Assembly: GCA_023485845.1 (NCBI GenBank)
Contig: JAMCZE010000007.1
Coordinates: 11,391 to 75,390 of the forward strand
From: Patescibacteria group bacterium
GTDB lineage: Bacteria; Patescibacteriota; Microgenomatia; JAMCZE01
Length of the DNA: 64,000 bases
Direction of reading: 5' to 3'
The number at the start of each line of letters is the position of its first letter. Position 1 is the stretch's first letter. Made by a program: the position numbers and the translations under genes. Shown here piece by piece: positions 63,068-64,000 of this stretch. The notes beneath the pieces are model-generated. The model worked only from the letters and a program-made list of their open reading frames with translations, did not search any database and was not told the origin of the DNA.

Positions 63068-63740
63068 GGCCCTCCCATTCTAATTCCTCCTTTTGCATCA
63101 ACTCCTGAATCTGCTTGGCCACCAATTGCGGGTGGGGCACATTTTCAAATTCAAAGTTTTCTTCCTCCCCGGCCGTCTGAATTTCCACGTTGCCAAAATC
63201 AAACAATCCCGCCAGCGCTCCCACTTGGGTGGAGCTGACATCCTGGATCTTGGAAATTTGGCAGGAGCTGACTTTGCGCACCACCACCGAATACCAATCG
63301 GTGTCAATCACCCGCTCGTCGGTGACCATATAAACATTGAAATACCAATAAAGGAAATTCAAAAAGGCATAGGTGAAAGTGACGGCGTACCAAAAAAGAA
63401 TAAACACAAAACCGGTGCCCGCCCCCAGTCCAAGGCCGCCAAGGGCAGAAAACAGCGGCAGTAAAATTATCGGCAGAATTAAGGAAAATAGAGAAATAAT
63501 AATCCAGGGGACATTGGTCACAATGTGAGCTCGCAGCAGGAGAAGAATCTGTTCGCCCTCTTCCGCCTCGTTAAAACTGACTGCCGGCTGAACACTGAAA
63601 GCAGAAAATATCCCTGAGTTTGATTTTTGCATCAGCTCTGGATCAAGTTGTGATTTGGCTGGTGGTGGTGTCACCGACACCGGAGTGGGAGCCGGTGGTG
63701 GGGCAGTGGGCTGTTGATCGTCAACTTTAATCCTGGGCAT
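63054..63740 (-). CDS. Membrane protein with bacterial PH domain
   Basis: R.H, VTDERVID, IQDV and FDFGNVEIQTAG motifs. Confidence 0.85.
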   Translation of the reverse strand: MPRIKVDDQQPTAPPPAPTPVSVTPPPAKSQLDPELMQKSNSGIFSAFSVQPAVSFNEAEEGEQILLLLRAHIVTNVPWIIISLFSLILPIILLPLFSALGGLGLGAGTGFVFILFWYAVTFTYAFLNFLYWYFNVYMVTDERVIDTDWYSVVVRKVSSCQISKIQDVSSTQVGALAGLFDFGNVEIQTAGEEENFEFENVPHPQLVAKQIQELMQKEELEWEGHGTQ

Positions 63741-63754
63741 AAGAGGATTATATC

Positions 63755-64000
63755 CTATCTTTTTTCCACATTAAACAGCGGGCCGACGATAGCGATGTTG
63801 GCCGGGGCACGGATATCGAAATAATTTTTAAACTCCGTCCCATCAAAAGAAATTCCGTTAATTTTAATCTCGGTCGTCCGCCCTGACCCAAAATCGACGC
63901 CACTTATCTCCACCGAGGTAGCCGCTGAAAGTGCTGCCGATCCAAGTTCCTGTCGGACTCTATCCGGGCTCCAATTATCAGTCTGCGGACAGTCCTTGTC
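63755..64000 (-). CDS. 3' end of a gene entering from the right edge
   Basis: Open frame DKDCPQTDNWS...FDGTEFKNYFDIRAP...VEKR-stop. Confidence 0.6.
   Translation of the reverse strand, partial: DKDCPQTDNWSPDRVRQELGSAALSAATSVEISGVDFGSGRTTEIKINGISFDGTEFKNYFDIRAPANIAIVGPLFNVEKR

Noticed and set aside
4763-63464. Numerous 60-170 aa ORFs antisense or out of frame to identified genes
   Set aside because: Shadow ORFs lacking motifs or independent expression signals.
1-64000. CRISPR array, cas genes, rRNA
   Set aside because: No regularly spaced 25-40 bp repeats with unique spacers, no cas motifs and no rRNA-like sequence were seen.

Overview
Chromosomal segment of a small-genome bacterium. Gene content and style point to CPR/Patescibacteria, probably Microgenomates (inference). 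The housekeeping backbone comprises pth, an ATP-dependent ligase, recF, mutM, a 5'-3' exonuclease, ftsH, trpS, a Xer-type recombinase, guaB, nrdJ/nrdR, gap-pgk-fba-pfkB-deoC and two class A PBPs. Accessory DNA is interleaved: (i) a diversity-generating retroelement at 1-1921 (RT truncated by the window edge, avd on the opposite strand, 99-nt TR/VR pair with 18 of 18 mismatches at TR adenines); (ii) an initiator-type tRNA-Met split by a very small (168 nt) group I intron and used as the insertion site of a ~5.9-kb serine-recombinase/terS-like element with structured RNA leaders; (iii) an HTH+LAGLIDADG-like ORF running into a second tRNA-Met, and a tRNA-Ile(UAU); (iv) two identical IS200 copies, each disrupting a small gene; (v) about 8 toxin-antitoxin modules, two cassette junctions carrying duplicated 3' ends of the neighbouring core gene. 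The most striking unexplained pattern is a set of 7- and 8-bp tandem repeats and palindromes embedded in frame in many core genes. The 8-mer family also flanks, in inverted orientation, a four-helix-bundle (IVS/Avd-like) gene. All calls were made by eye from sequence and motifs; no searches were run.
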